Assembly (NCBI GenBank): GCA_023898465.1
Contig: CP060223.1
Coordinates: 256,001-320,000, forward strand
Source of the DNA: Candidatus Nomurabacteria bacterium
GTDB lineage: Bacteria; Patescibacteriota; Patescibacteriia; HK-STAS-PATE-3
Length of the DNA: 64,000 nt
Reading direction: 5' to 3'
Every line of letters begins with the position of its first letter. The first letter of the stretch is position 1. The notes beneath the pieces are model-generated. The model made no database searches. It was given only the letters and a program-made list of their open reading frames with translations, and was not told the origin of the DNA. Positions 9,524 through 17,601 of this stretch are shown in pieces. The position numbers were made by a program, and so were the translations under genes.

Positions 9524-9598
9524 GGGTCCATAGCTCAATGGTAGAGCAACTGCCTTTTAAGCAGTGGGTTGGTGGTTCGAGCCCACCTGGACCCACCA
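9524..9598 (+). tRNA. tRNA-Lys (anticodon UUU), CCA encoded
   Basis: Cloverleaf read by eye. Acceptor GGGTCCA/TGGACCC, anticodon stem ACTGC/GCAGT with loop CTTTTAA, T-arm GGTGG-TTCGAGC-CCACC, discriminator A plus CCA. Confidence 0.9.
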
Positions 9599-9662
9599 GT
9601 CATATCGCGCTTTTTGCATACCCAAGAAGCGAGACCCAGCATAGCGTGGGTCTCGTGTGAGT

Positions 9663-10079
9663 TCAGACGCCTTTGCGGGCGTGGGGATTGTGGCGATAGA
9701 TCGCCATTCCCGGCTTTGCGGTACTGGGAACCTCGATCAGGATATCTCCGCTAGCACCGAAGACGTTTCGCGTCGTTGCCCCGAGGTCAACACGCAGGGT
9801 TGTCAGAGGCGCTGCTCCGAGCGGATCCCCGAGACAAATAATGTCTCGATCATGCAGCGTCACTCCTTGTTTGAGGCTGGCCGTATGCGTTCGTTGGAAC
9901 TGCACACTGCCGAGTACGCCAATCTTGATCCAGTCGGTCTGCGTAGCCGCTTGCGTCGACATAGTACCCCCATTCTTCCAGTGAAAGGCACGCACGGATC
10001 TCATCCTGAGAATGTGCAAATCTTGCCACGGAGTGTAGCGCTGTGGATTTTCTTTGTCAAGCAAAACGGACACACTCAA
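9663..10079 (-). CDS. Hypothetical protein (GC-rich island)
   Basis: The 138-aa ORF starts at a TTG. An internal ATG at 9962 (MSTQAATQTDWIKIG...) has a G-rich Shine-Dalgarno-like sequence and may be the real start. A 9-bp hairpin at 9631-9657 lies downstream. I recognised no family. Confidence 0.4.
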   Translation of the reverse strand: MSVSVLLDKENPQRYTPWQDLHILRMRSVRAFHWKNGGTMSTQAATQTDWIKIGVLGSVQFQRTHTASLKQGVTLHDRDIICLGDPLGAAPLTTLRVDLGATTRNVFGASGDILIEVPSTAKPGMAIYRHNPHARKGV

Positions 10080-10100
10080 GTGAGGTGTCCGTAGTTGGGG

Positions 10101-10898
10101 TTAGTTGACGGAGGCGATCTCTTCATCAGGGATTGCGGCTATCAAGCGTCCGAGCGCCTTTTGCAGCGAAAGATTAGAGCGGGCTAAGCGTTCATCATAT
10201 CGGAAGAAGTGAAAGGGGATAGCAGAGGGGTCGGTCAACGCCATTTGTCCAAGCGCTCCAAGCTGCTGGAATACTGCCCCAAGATCGAGTTCGAGGTCGA
10301 ACAGGAGCTCCCAATCAATGCAAGATCGAAGCGCTTCCCAGGGTAGTGGCTCTTCCATGCAGCATGAGCGCCCGGCCAGCATTCTGACAAAGTGGCAGAG
10401 CCCAGGGTTGAAGAAGCTTTTTCTCCTTTGATCAGTCAGCAAGGTGCTTCTTGGGTCAAAGGGGTACACGGTGTCGTCCTCTCCCTGCATGAGCCATCCC
10501 TTGAGCAGCTCAAGATCAACCACGCTGGTGACCAAATCTTGGGTGGCGAGGGCCTTGCGATCAAAGCTCACGATGTCGCCCCAGGGGATCGGCAGACAGA
10601 TTGAGGCAACAAGTTCCACCCAAGCACCTAGTGTGTCTTGGCGATCCTCTGGGACAACCAAGAGAAAAGAATCAAGAGTTCTGGGAAGTGCCATAGCACC
10701 AAGGGCGGAGAGAAAGTTCCCGGCTTTTTTTCCTACAGCGTCGATGATGAGGCTTCGTATAGGCTCACCATCAGTATCTTCCAAGATGCTTTGAGAATCC
10801 TCAAGACTTGAGCAGACGGTGATGGTGTGGCAGTTGATCCGAGCTGCCAAATGGCGGGCTCGTTTCTGACTACCAGAAAAAACCAAGAGGTGTGCCAT
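10101..10898 (-). CDS. Hypothetical protein with receiver-like (CheY-fold-like) N-terminus
   Basis: 265 aa. The N-terminal pattern LLVFSG...ITVCSS...SLIIDAVG resembles the beta1/beta2/beta3 pattern of REC domains. The C-terminal 150 aa are unrecognised. Divergent from the CHAP lipoprotein gene. Confidence 0.5.
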   Translation of the reverse strand: MAHLLVFSGSQKRARHLAARINCHTITVCSSLEDSQSILEDTDGEPIRSLIIDAVGKKAGNFLSALGAMALPRTLDSFLLVVPEDRQDTLGAWVELVASICLPIPWGDIVSFDRKALATQDLVTSVVDLELLKGWLMQGEDDTVYPFDPRSTLLTDQRRKSFFNPGLCHFVRMLAGRSCCMEEPLPWEALRSCIDWELLFDLELDLGAVFQQLGALGQMALTDPSAIPFHFFRYDERLARSNLSLQKALGRLIAAIPDEEIASVN

Positions 10899-10972
10899 AC
10901 TCAGACCTCCGTTGAGTTATGAAGGTGCTTCCTCCTATAGAGAAGTGTAGACGCATTGCGCATCTTCGACAA

Positions 10973-11391
10973 TACTTGACAACCCACTTCACAGGAGTAC
11001 ACTAAATGCACAATTGGTGGCGATCTCTGCCTGGCACTGACCAGGTTGTCCGGAGACGCCATGTTTTTGTATGCGCGTGTTCTTCCTCCTTGCCGCAGGG
11101 TGTAGCTCGGCTCCGCTCGCTACCCATTTCTCGGCATCGGTCTCTTTGCGATGATCGAAACGAAGAGCGTCTTTTTCTACTCTCCTGCAGGGGCGGTGCG
11201 GGAGCGCGGAATAGTTCCGGGCTTCATTTCCTCACATGAGGAAAGCGGCTTTGTTGCCGTTTTGCACCTTGAAATGCATGGAGGTTCGCCATGACTTGGC
11301 GTTTCCGACTCTTCCTGCTCATGGCCATCGCGTTGACCATGACACCCCTCGCTTTCATGACCGGCTGCCAGGAGCTGCCGACGGAGGGGGA
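10973..11391 (+). repeat. Copy A of a duplicated promoter + leader + lipoprotein signal-peptide module
   Basis: Near-identical to 14570..14894, except for a block of about 94 nt present only in copy A and a few substitutions. It ends 33 codons into the downstream CDS. Confidence 0.9.
10976..11003 (+). promoter_or_regulatory. Sigma70-like promoter (TTGACA-N16-TACACT) of module copy A
   Basis: Consensus -35 hexamer and a near-consensus -10, conserved base for base in copy B (14573..14600). Confidence 0.5.
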
Positions 11392-12028
11392 TTCACAGGA
11401 TCAAGTGGTTGAGAGTCCGGAAGCTCAACCCGGTCCAGCGATTCAGTCTACTGGGCCCGAATGGTATAATCAGGTCGTAAGTGAAGCAAAGTACACATTG
11501 TGCCAGCTTCGAAACGGCACATCGCATGAGGTCTATCAGGGTAAGGCTATGGGTGATTGGCCCTACCCACATCAAGGGGATTGTTGTAACGCCCTTGGTG
11601 TAGTCCGTCAATATATGTACGGTGGTGGCTCTCCAGGACCGCTTGGCGAATGGAATGGCTTCCAGCAAGGCGGTTGGTGCAAGTTCTTTGTCAACTTGGT
11701 GCTCTACCGCTCTAGCTATGGCTACCCGGGCGGACATTTGCTCTTGCCCACTTCTACGTATCGTTACAATAATCCACGCCCGGTTTCCGAAGCACAACCT
11801 GGATGGATCTTGCAGTCAGAAACACTACCTCATACTGCGATCGTAGTAGAACGACTAGGCGGTGGCTTGGATGTAATCGATTCAAACTGGATCGGAACTT
11901 ACAAGCGTCCGGACGGAAGTTATTACTACTCATATGCCATCGCAAGGCATGAAATCACAAATACGGAGTTGGATCGCTACGATTTCATGGCATATCGTCC
12001 GCATGAGGCGTGCGTGCTGCATAACTAG
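11291..12028 (+). CDS. Lipoprotein, CHAP / NlpC-P60 superfamily peptidoglycan amidase/peptidase
   Basis: Signal peptide with lipobox (LAFMTGC). Candidate catalytic Cys in GGWCKFFVNLV and His in LPHTAIVVE...DVIDSNW, the CHAP-like Cys/His/polar arrangement. Shine-Dalgarno GGAGG lies 7 nt upstream. Confidence 0.75.
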   Translation: MTWRFRLFLLMAIALTMTPLAFMTGCQELPTEGDSQDQVVESPEAQPGPAIQSTGPEWYNQVVSEAKYTLCQLRNGTSHEVYQGKAMGDWPYPHQGDCCNALGVVRQYMYGGGSPGPLGEWNGFQQGGWCKFFVNLVLYRSSYGYPGGHLLLPTSTYRYNNPRPVSEAQPGWILQSETLPHTAIVVERLGGGLDVIDSNWIGTYKRPDGSYYYSYAIARHEITNTELDRYDFMAYRPHEACVLHN

Positions 12029-12101
12029 ATAGTGGGGGGTGCTGGAAAGTTTTTCAGTTCCCCCCACCTCCCACAAAGTCAATTATTTACTTCATAAGTA
12101 T

Positions 12102-12617
12102 ATGAAAAAAATCCAAATAGTCTTTCTCTTATTTTCAAGCATTGTTCTTGCGTCGGTGATTTTTTATTCCGGACATGCTATTTCATATAAAAATACAACC
12201 TACGGATATTCTTTTAGTACAATAAAAAAGTCTAATATTAAAGTTCTTGATCCAGCGCTTGTTCAAGTTTCAATTATAGGAGAAGAGGTTATTGAGGAGA
12301 GTCCAATAATAAACATATATGCTATTAAGTTGGAGCAAGATTCTTTGTCTGCAACCCAAGAACTTGAAACGTGGGTAGGGGAAGATCTTAATGGTTTCTC
12401 TGATATTAATATTCAGAGTACAACGACCGAAACAGAAAAAATAATTAACGTTACTTATACGGGAGGGGGGATGTCTGGAAGTATTAAATACGTCGGATTT
12501 TATGTTTTCAATCAGGAAGAAAAAACAATAATTAAGGTAGTAGCTTCTCAGTATAATGATAATATGGAATTGTTTGAGGCCTACAAAAAAATTCTTTCTT
12601 CCTTTCAGTTAATATAA
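12102..12617 (+). CDS. Hypothetical membrane-anchored/exported protein (AT-rich)
   Basis: The ORF track starts at the GTG at 12039. The ATG at 12102 gives MKKIQIVFLLFSSIVLASVIFYSG, a signal anchor. No family recognised. Confidence 0.55.
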   Translation: MKKIQIVFLLFSSIVLASVIFYSGHAISYKNTTYGYSFSTIKKSNIKVLDPALVQVSIIGEEVIEESPIINIYAIKLEQDSLSATQELETWVGEDLNGFSDINIQSTTTETEKIINVTYTGGGMSGSIKYVGFYVFNQEEKTIIKVVASQYNDNMELFEAYKKILSSFQLI

Positions 12618-13255
12618 TGACCACCACTCATCGTCTCCTCATATTACTCATTGTCGTAGTTGCCGCAGGCTTTCTCTATCTTGGATTAAGATCAGATTCC
12701 TCCGATGTAACAACGACGAACAAAACAGTCAACAAAGATTTCCGTGAACTTGAAATGCTCAGTTCAGCTGGTCACAAGGTGTTTCAATCAGAGAATTATG
12801 ATTTCACCTATACGATTGATCATGGTGTTGACTGGAGCGTTAGCGAGGCTGCAGAGCCGACTTTGCTCACCACTTGGTTTTCTTTACCAAATCCAAATAG
12901 TGAAGAGGAAGAAAGAGATGATATTCCGAATGGGTTTAATACCTTTGAAAAAAATAGTTTTCGACTTGATGTATATCCTAACTCAGGTTCAGTAAGTCCA
13001 AATGGAGAAGCGGAGCTAAAAGATTGGTTAAAAAATGATCTTAATAGTGAGTATATTCCTGGAAGCTTTTTAACCTTATCCATTGCAAGAAACCGTTTAT
13101 TCAAAGTAGTTGATTTTCAGGGGATTGATGTGCGAGAGGCGCATTATTATCTATTTGGCTCTGCATTTGTATATGTCTTTTCAAGCGGTGATTTCACTGA
13201 GCAAGAAATGCGCGAGTTTATTAGCGGTTTTACCTACGAAAGAGCGCCTTTATAA
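12617..13255 (+). CDS. Hypothetical membrane-anchored/exported protein (AT-rich)
   Basis: 212 aa with an N-terminal TM helix (LLILLIVVVAAGFLYLGL). The start is a TAATG overlap with the upstream gene. Confidence 0.55.
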   Translation: MTTTHRLLILLIVVVAAGFLYLGLRSDSSDVTTTNKTVNKDFRELEMLSSAGHKVFQSENYDFTYTIDHGVDWSVSEAAEPTLLTTWFSLPNPNSEEEERDDIPNGFNTFEKNSFRLDVYPNSGSVSPNGEAELKDWLKNDLNSEYIPGSFLTLSIARNRLFKVVDFQGIDVREAHYYLFGSAFVYVFSSGDFTEQEMREFISGFTYERAPL

Positions 13256-13462
13256 GCGCTTCATCTCATCTTTATTTCTTTACTTGACGCATCTCAGTAG
13301 TCCGAGCATAATCATTTTTGGGTAGTAACCCACGTTTTGATAAGCAGGAGAAGTACGGTAGATTCGATGGATGCGCCATGCGCACCCCATCTGCGTTGGA
13401 TTGTCACACTGAACCTCGGGTCAGGATAGCACCCTGACAAATCTGGAAAGAAAGGAGGCGTC

Positions 13463-14470
13463 ATGAACCGCCTGTTTGTCGTACTCGCGCTGATCACCAT
13501 CGGGGCTCTGGGTTTTGTTGGCTGCGGCGGTAAGGACGCCGCTACGAAGCCGGAAGAAATCCGCAGTCCAGATCAGATCGTGCAGTCTGAGATTGTCTAT
13601 ACCGTGAACCCAGACTACTCAGGGGTGAATGTTTCGTGGAAAACAAACATCCCGACAGTTGGAAGGGTGTACTATGGTAGGACTCCTCAACCAACTGACT
13701 ACGTCATCGAGGAGGTGAGCACTACTCAACATTTGTTGTGTGCACCTCGACTCAGGGGAGATGCGCTCTTCTACTTCCAAGTGCAATCATCCTTTTCCGA
13801 GGAAGTGATTAGCGCTCGGGAACCGAGCGAAGGCGATACACTTCGCACCCCACGATGGGTTGATTGGTCTCCACCTACCGTAAGATGGGTCGATCCTCGA
13901 GAAGGCGCAATAAAGGGCGGGACGATTGATCTCACTGTTTCGGCAAACGAATACGTTGTCAACGGGGTGGTAGAGGTGAAATTCTTTATCGATGGCAGGG
14001 TCATCGCTGTAGTGACTGAACCCGATGACGGTGATAAGATCTTCGTCGTGCATGACTTCAATACTACCCAGCTCACCGATGGCTTGCATAGCTTTCACGC
14101 GTTGGCAACAGATGTAAACGGTAACAGAGAGTCAAGGGGAATTACGGTCGACATCGACAACTCGAAGCCGGTCATCTATCGATGGGATGCTCCGAGAAAT
14201 CAGCGGGAGATCGGGAATTCTATCAATTTGCGAGTGGTGGCTCAGGACTTTCGTGGTGAACACGTCGATGATGTGTACATCACCCTCGATGGTCAACCAT
14301 TTGCGAGGCTTGAGGTGTGTGAACTGCGAGCTAGCGGCGTAGGAGATGTGTGGTGTAGAGACGTTGATACGTCGACGCTGTCACCCGGTCAGCACTACTT
14401 CGGTGCCGTTTCAGTAGATCATGCTGGCAACGAGTCAGATCCGGTCTACATCGGCGTCATCAAGCAGTAG
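13463..14470 (+). CDS. Lipoprotein with two tandem Ig-like (bacterial Ig / Big-like) domains
   Basis: Signal peptide with lipobox (LGFVGCGG). Two similar modules of about 90 aa (IDLTVSAN..VKFFIDG..TDGLHSFHALATDVNGN and INLRVVAQ..VYITLDG..SPGQHYFGAVSVDHAGN). Shine-Dalgarno AAGGAGG. Confidence 0.6.
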   Translation: MNRLFVVLALITIGALGFVGCGGKDAATKPEEIRSPDQIVQSEIVYTVNPDYSGVNVSWKTNIPTVGRVYYGRTPQPTDYVIEEVSTTQHLLCAPRLRGDALFYFQVQSSFSEEVISAREPSEGDTLRTPRWVDWSPPTVRWVDPREGAIKGGTIDLTVSANEYVVNGVVEVKFFIDGRVIAVVTEPDDGDKIFVVHDFNTTQLTDGLHSFHALATDVNGNRESRGITVDIDNSKPVIYRWDAPRNQREIGNSINLRVVAQDFRGEHVDDVYITLDGQPFARLEVCELRASGVGDVWCRDVDTSTLSPGQHYFGAVSVDHAGNESDPVYIGVIKQ

Positions 14471-14569
14471 CCTTTCCAGTCCGTCAGGAATCCAACAGAG
14501 CCTGGGATCATCGATCTCGGGCTCTTCTCTTTTTGATACGCTCCAGAATGAAAAAGTGAAGTTTACTAT

Positions 14570-14894
14570 TACTTGACAACCCACTTCACAGGAGTACACT
14601 AAATGCACAATTGGTGGCGATCTCTGCCTGGCACTGACCAGGATGTCTGGAGACGCCATGTTTTTGTATAGGCGTATTCCACCCTCCCTTGCCGTGGCGT
14701 TGGGGAGCGCGGAATAGTTCCGGGCTTCATTTCCTCACATGAGGAAAGCGGCTTTGTTGCCGTTTTGCACTTTGAAATGCATGGAGGTTCGCCATGACTT
14801 GGCGTTTCCGACTCTTCCTGCTCATGGCCATCGCGTTGACCATGACACCCCTCGCTTTCATGACCGGCTGTCAGGAGCTGCCGACGGAGGGGGA
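14570..14894 (+). repeat. Copy B of the duplicated promoter + leader + lipoprotein signal-peptide module
   Basis: See copy A. The two copies are offset by 3597 nt at the 5' end. The first 33 codons (MTWRFRLFLLMAIALTMTPLAFMTGCQELPTEG) are identical at protein level. Confidence 0.9.
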
Positions 14895-15492
14895 GACTTC
14901 GGTGATCTCTGATGAGTTGCCGGATGCTTCACCCTCAGCTCAGTCAAGCCCGATGACTTGGCCCTCTTCGATCCAGGATTTCAAACTCCCTTATGATGGG
15001 ATCCGGGATGCATGCGGGGGTCAGATTTGGAAGGTTGTTTGCGGGTACGGATGTGGTTATCATCACAACACAAACTACATGGCCGCCGCGTACCATTCGA
15101 TTGATCTTGTACGGCAGGATGCGCCGACCACTCATAGCGCAGTACTCGCTCCGGCGCGTGGCATCGTTTCGTTTGTCGGATGGAGGAATGGGTACGGTTG
15201 GTGCGTGGAGATGGATCATCGAAACGGCTGGAAGTCGCTTGTGGCCCATCTCGAAACGGATCCTTGGGAATTCGTCCATACCTATGACGACCTGCGGCAG
15301 GGGACTTTCCTGGGCTATGCAGGGAACAGCGGAGCGAGTACGACACCCCACATTCACTTCTCGGTGTGGCGGAACAACGTCACTCATACGCTCGATGGCG
15401 TATCGTTGATCAACCCGCGTCTAAATGGGCGATACAATTCCGGCAATGATTATGTTGCGCCACCGACGGGAAATCCGAACCCGATTCCTTAA
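14794..15492 (+). CDS. Lipoprotein, M23 (LytM/lysostaphin-type) metallopeptidase
   Basis: The N-terminal 33 aa are the same as in the CHAP protein. GNSGASTTPHIHFSV matches the M23 HxH motif. An upstream YHSIDL stands where HxxxD is expected, with spacing one residue short. Confidence 0.8.
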   Translation: MTWRFRLFLLMAIALTMTPLAFMTGCQELPTEGETSVISDELPDASPSAQSSPMTWPSSIQDFKLPYDGIRDACGGQIWKVVCGYGCGYHHNTNYMAAAYHSIDLVRQDAPTTHSAVLAPARGIVSFVGWRNGYGWCVEMDHRNGWKSLVAHLETDPWEFVHTYDDLRQGTFLGYAGNSGASTTPHIHFSVWRNNVTHTLDGVSLINPRLNGRYNSGNDYVAPPTGNPNPIP

Positions 15493-15498
15493 CACGAT

Positions 15499-15535
15499 AG
15501 CGGAGAAGGTTTTTCATTAGAAAGCCTTCTCCGCT
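15499..15535 (+). terminator. Hairpin terminator after the M23 gene
   Basis: 11-bp stem AGCGGAGAAGG/CCTTCTCCGCT with a weak T-rich tail. Confidence 0.45.
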
Positions 15536-15668
15536 GTCTCTCCTCTCTATGAATAGTCATGTTGCTATTCTTTCTGTTAGCGATCACCATCCTTTTAGTT
15601 GATTTAGGATTAAAACTATAATTACGTTATTCTGGAGCATTTTCTCATAATATCGTAATCTTACTACT

Positions 15669-16682
15669 ATGAATCGTTTTTCTATCTTCATCGCAGTGTT
15701 CGTTCTTATCAGCGCAGTGGTTTATGCTTTCTTTTTTGCTACATTATTTGGGGAAAAGAAAGCTATTGAAGGAGTGCAGGGACCTGCTTTTATGTTTGCA
15801 ACCCTGCCTGACTCAGATGCATCTGCCGCGATAAGCATTTTTGAGATTCCTACAATGTCGAAGCGAAAGGCTGAAGACACATCTTTGCCAATGCATTTTC
15901 TTAAAAAACTAGGAGATCCGAGAGAGTATTTTGATCCCATACTTTCTTCAAGTGGTGCATATTTGGCTTTTAATCGTAATATTGGGGAGCCGAAACAGGA
16001 TAAGACAAATTTAGTAATACTTGCAGCTGACGGAAAAGAAAGGAGCGTGGAGAGCGGCTCTGCTGGAGATATAGGAATAGGAATGCTCACGCCCTTGCAG
16101 TGGAGTGCTGATGAAAAAACGCTCTACGCTTTTTATACACACGCAACTGAAGGTAATATCGTAGGCCTGGTGGCAATTGATGTGGCAACTTTAAGCCAAC
16201 AACGAATTGAAAAAATTGATGATCTACGTGTAAGTAACTACGTCTTTGATGAAGTCGGAAATACCTACGGTTTTGAACCGCACTATCGATTCCGCCCTGA
16301 AGACGAGGCTCAAACAACCTTTTATCGAATTTCTTTGACTAGTGGCGAAACAAAAAGCTTTACACTCCAGCAATCGAGTTTGGACGATCTCTTGACCGTA
16401 GATCCAAGCGGGAGATACCTCGTGTACGCAAACGGAGATGATTTTAATTCTCGTAACATTTGGATGTATGACATGGAAACCGGTGAGGAGCGCGCGTTGA
16501 CTGAAAATGCTGTTGTTAATGAAATTTTGCCCTGGAAAGATGGATATTTGGTATTTCTGGAGGAAAGTGTAAACACCCCCGCAGAAAAAACACTTGTATC
16601 ATACGATGTAAATTCTGGCATTCGCAAAGTTCTTTTAGAAAATGTTACAGGGACGTTCCGGCTTCTTGGTTGGTATCCCTAA
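15669..16682 (+). CDS. Membrane-anchored beta-propeller-like protein (TolB/PD40-like repeats)
   Basis: 337 aa with an N-terminal TM helix. Repeated D-P-S-G-x-Y-L-(V/A)-(Y/F) type segments (LSSSGAYLAFN, DPSGRYLVYANGD...IWMYDMETGEERALT) resemble WD40-like/PD40 blades. Confidence 0.5.
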   Translation: MNRFSIFIAVFVLISAVVYAFFFATLFGEKKAIEGVQGPAFMFATLPDSDASAAISIFEIPTMSKRKAEDTSLPMHFLKKLGDPREYFDPILSSSGAYLAFNRNIGEPKQDKTNLVILAADGKERSVESGSAGDIGIGMLTPLQWSADEKTLYAFYTHATEGNIVGLVAIDVATLSQQRIEKIDDLRVSNYVFDEVGNTYGFEPHYRFRPEDEAQTTFYRISLTSGETKSFTLQQSSLDDLLTVDPSGRYLVYANGDDFNSRNIWMYDMETGEERALTENAVVNEILPWKDGYLVFLEESVNTPAEKTLVSYDVNSGIRKVLLENVTGTFRLLGWYP

Positions 16683-16940
16683 TTTCATATATCAGTTGGG
16701 AGGTTTTTATTAAACCTTGCCCCTCCCCTTAAAAAGTGGTATAGTCATTGAGCTATTCTGAATATCTCAATATTCTAGCAACCGCGTGAAAATGTCAGCA
16801 AAAACAGACATCGCGGAGGGGGAAATCACTCAAGAGCAGCACATACTCTTGTATACTCAAGCGTCCCTAGTAAAAAGGGATGTTTTTTGTGTGCAAAGTA
16901 GCCTCGTAGCTGCCACAAGTTCTGAAAGGAGCGAAGGCGC

Positions 16941-17600
16941 ATGTTAGGTTATCTTTTGCTCATTATATCGGTTGTAGAGTTTTTTATTGGCCTGTACCTT
17001 ATTTTTCGCTATGAAAAAAGCCAGGCAACAACATATTACGGTCTCTTTGCAATAAGTGTTGCGATCTATGTTGCCGCGAACGGTTTCGGATTTACCCGAG
17101 CTTCTGATAACGAGTTTATTTTTGAGCAACTTGCTTGGTTTGGCGGCTTACTTAGCGCCCCATTTATCCTTGGCTTCAGTTATAGCTTTCCTAGCCCTAA
17201 AAAATATCCCACTGAGCTATTTCCGTGGGTAATTTGGCCAGTAGTGTTATTTGGCGCAGGAATTTTTACTTCAAATATTTTCCTGGAGAAAACGTATATT
17301 TATTCCTTTGCCGAAGGCTACACTGCGCCAATCGGTGTCTTTTTCTGGTTCGCCATTGCAGTATTTGCGATGTATTGGATATGGGCAATACGAAACCTGC
17401 TGTATACGAGATTGCACACAAGCGGTTTTTATAGGAATTTTCTTACCATTGTGCTCATAGGGCTTTTTTCATCACTGCTTATTTCAGCAATTTTTGATAT
17501 TTACATTCCCTTAGTTTCAGTCACGCGCTACGGATATATTGGAGCATTATTCTCGTCTATTTGGCTGTTTACTACCGCGTATTTAATGGTGAGGAAGTAA
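16941..17600 (+). CDS. Stand-alone 7TM module, paralog 1 (histidine-kinase N-terminal 7TM-like)
   Basis: 219 aa with about 7 hydrophobic helices. Aligns by eye with the first 230 aa or so of the kinase at 23014. Ends ...TTAYLMVRK* where the kinase reads ...ISYAIIRHR and continues. Confidence 0.8.
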   Translation: MLGYLLLIISVVEFFIGLYLIFRYEKSQATTYYGLFAISVAIYVAANGFGFTRASDNEFIFEQLAWFGGLLSAPFILGFSYSFPSPKKYPTELFPWVIWPVVLFGAGIFTSNIFLEKTYIYSFAEGYTAPIGVFFWFAIAVFAMYWIWAIRNLLYTRLHTSGFYRNFLTIVLIGLFSSLLISAIFDIYIPLVSVTRYGYIGALFSSIWLFTTAYLMVRK

Positions 17601-17601
17601 G

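Noticed and set aside
9599-10100. Integrase or prophage expected next to tRNA-Lys.
   Set aside because: No tyrosine or serine recombinase motifs appear in any frame nearby, and I saw no direct repeat of the tRNA-Lys 3' end by eye. The region is treated as a degraded island rather than an intact mobile element.
11006-11239. 77-aa ORF inside leader copy A (MHNWWRSLPGTDQ...).
   Set aside because: In copy B the same ATG gives only about 38 codons with a different C-terminus, because of the 94-nt indel. Conservation is at the nucleotide and structure level, not the reading-frame level. The ATG is too close to the -10 element to be a normal start.
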